A stretch of 37,938 nucleotides of DNA from Octopus bimaculoides (lineage: Eukaryota): positions 118,755,429 through 118,793,366 of the forward strand of contig NC_068982.1 of the NCBI RefSeq assembly GCF_001194135.2, given 5' to 3'. The notes below the pieces were generated by a model. The model searched no databases, had not been told where the DNA came from, and worked only from the letters and a program-made list of their open reading frames with translations. The position numbers were made by a program, and so were the translations under genes. How positions within the stretch are numbered: the stretch's first letter is position 1; every line of letters begins with the position of its first letter. Below are positions 36,121-37,938 of this stretch, in pieces.

Positions 36121-37429
36121 ATATAATATAATATATAGTTTACTTATATTATAGGTATATATATATTTTATGCGCGTGTGTCAGTGAGCATATATATGAG
36201 TATAGATATGTGCGTTTATGCCCATATACATATATATGTGCATTTATATGCTTATAGGCATACATGATATTCTACATATATATTCACAAGTATGTTTGTA
36301 TGGAATTAAATGAGTGTTTAGATGTAAATGTTAAATAAACGATTCGTTAAAGGAGTAGATGTAGATGTTCGTTGATCCGTTGATATCACAATTAATAAAA
36401 TTTTCTGCGTGTAATTTTGTGCATAGAGAATAGTTAACTGTGTTATACATCATCAAATAAAGGTAGGATTACACTGTTTGGTACATGTTTTAATGCGAAA
36501 GCTATCCCAATACTCGACTGCAAACCTCGTCTCCTGAAAAGTGACATTTTCAGTTGCATAGCATTGATCTAGCTATCACTCCTTGCGCTTAGCTGAATAT
36601 CGCAACAAATCTGTTGTCTATAATAATGTCTCAAGTATGTCAATTTTAATGAATTGTTGGAGGAACTTTCATCTCTAATTTGATCATATTCATCTAAAAT
36701 CCTTTCCTCTCTGAAGTCCCCACATTTGTGTAATTTAATGAATGTTATAATTCTTAACATCAACACACCCTATGACTATCACCATATGCCTGTATTGAAA
36801 TTGGGTTGAATTCTCCACAGAATACTCTTTAGCAAAGGAAATACAAACCGACAACCCTTACGATCATTTTAAAATTTTATGTTTAATTTCGTATATCTAG
36901 TCTCCATTGTTATCGACTTAGTCTCGTCAGGCCTTGGCAAATTCTACGCAACATAGGTTACATCATCCTACATTTCAATTATAGCCCACTCACAAACATT
37001 ATCGATGTCTACGTCAGTTAAATATTTCTTCTAGTGATATACTGAATATTTGACGACAAATGTTTTATTCTCTTAAAGTACACGGAATGGACGAAATTCC
37101 AAATAATTTTTACAAATGTGGGCCTATTTTATGTTTGTTAAGTTACTGCATTGCAGTCTTTTCTAGTGAGGATCTGCAGTGACCAACTTCAACCAGCAAG
37201 ATACGATAATTTATCCCATGTCATTTTTGCATACAATAAAACAAAAACATTTTGTTAATCGTAACAATGTTCATTCATAAATAACACCAATATACTTCAC
37301 ATACCAAAACTTACTCTGCACGCGTATACACACCTCCCATAAAACATCCACAAATCAAGGTATAGAAAAGCGAAGTGATGATTTAATGGAGAAGGGGCAT
37401 TTTAGTTCCACAGAGACATGAGAAACAAT

Positions 37430-37690
37430 AGCCTTTCAGCCAAAGTTAATTAAACATAATCACACCAAAATCTCTTTACGCATTAACAATGATCAGCTAA
37501 TGCCATCCTTGCAACGAGGGAACTCTGAATTTGACAGCTTATCAACTCTAAAATTGTAGTTAAACCTCCCTCCAAACTAATCCCAGATACATAAGATATA
37601 TCCGATATCCCAATGACACATCAGAAATTCGCTGCATCCTCTGCTGGAATAAGAAAATCTTCTTATGGCTGAACTGCTTTCTTAATAATA
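37430..37690 (+). mobile_element. Possible heavily decayed LINE RT N-terminal remnant (Jockey/I-like)
   Basis: Stitching frames gives PKLIKH, ITPKSLYALTMIS-NAILAT, KIVVKP, YPIS, IRNSLHPLLE*ENLL, in the order of the LPPKA..LT.IFNAIL / KI..IPKP / YRPISL / I.NRL...LE..NLL motifs. Needs several frameshifts. Confidence 0.3.
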
Positions 37691-37938
37691 CACAGTGAAT
37701 ATGGATATGGGTTTAAACAAGAGCTACAAATGGCAAAGCCCAGAAGACTACAAATCATACACACACATGAATAGGCCCATATACAAAAATATATACGTAT
37801 ATACACCAACTGTCCCACATATATATGAGTATTTATGTGAGTGTTTGTGCATGCTTAACTTTACGTGTATATTATATCAGCATGTATATATGTATATTTA
37901 TACATGTGAATATATACGTGTGTGTGTATATATATAAG

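Noticed and set aside
36569-36766. Minus-strand ORF with RDESSSNNSLKLTYLRHY, loosely like the hAT DESTD..LL.YVRY motif
   Set aside because: A single weak motif with no TIRs or further hAT motifs.

Overview
AT-rich animal genomic DNA from a short-read assembly, with nine N gaps that nearly all abut microsatellites. The SINE families and microsatellite load look like a coleoid cephalopod, probably Octopus (inferred from recalled repeat consensi, no search run). No host protein-coding gene can be identified, and most long ORFs in the track are gap or microsatellite artefacts. Supported features: three tRNA-derived SINE families (10 copies, including a five-element pile-up at 16.0-17.2 kb); three decayed non-LTR retrotransposons (CR1-like with the RT core deleted, Tx1/L1-like, and Dong/R4-like next to a (TAA)n array); two internally deleted Tc1/mariner elements, one with ~170-bp TIRs; and many simple repeats. 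The best lead is a plus-strand AG|GTGAGT junction at 22661/22662 with a 60-nt AG-free tract and a second donor 32 nt downstream. This is the architecture of a recursive-splicing ratchet point and would mean the window lies in a long intron. It is a sequence-only hypothesis that needs RNA data.
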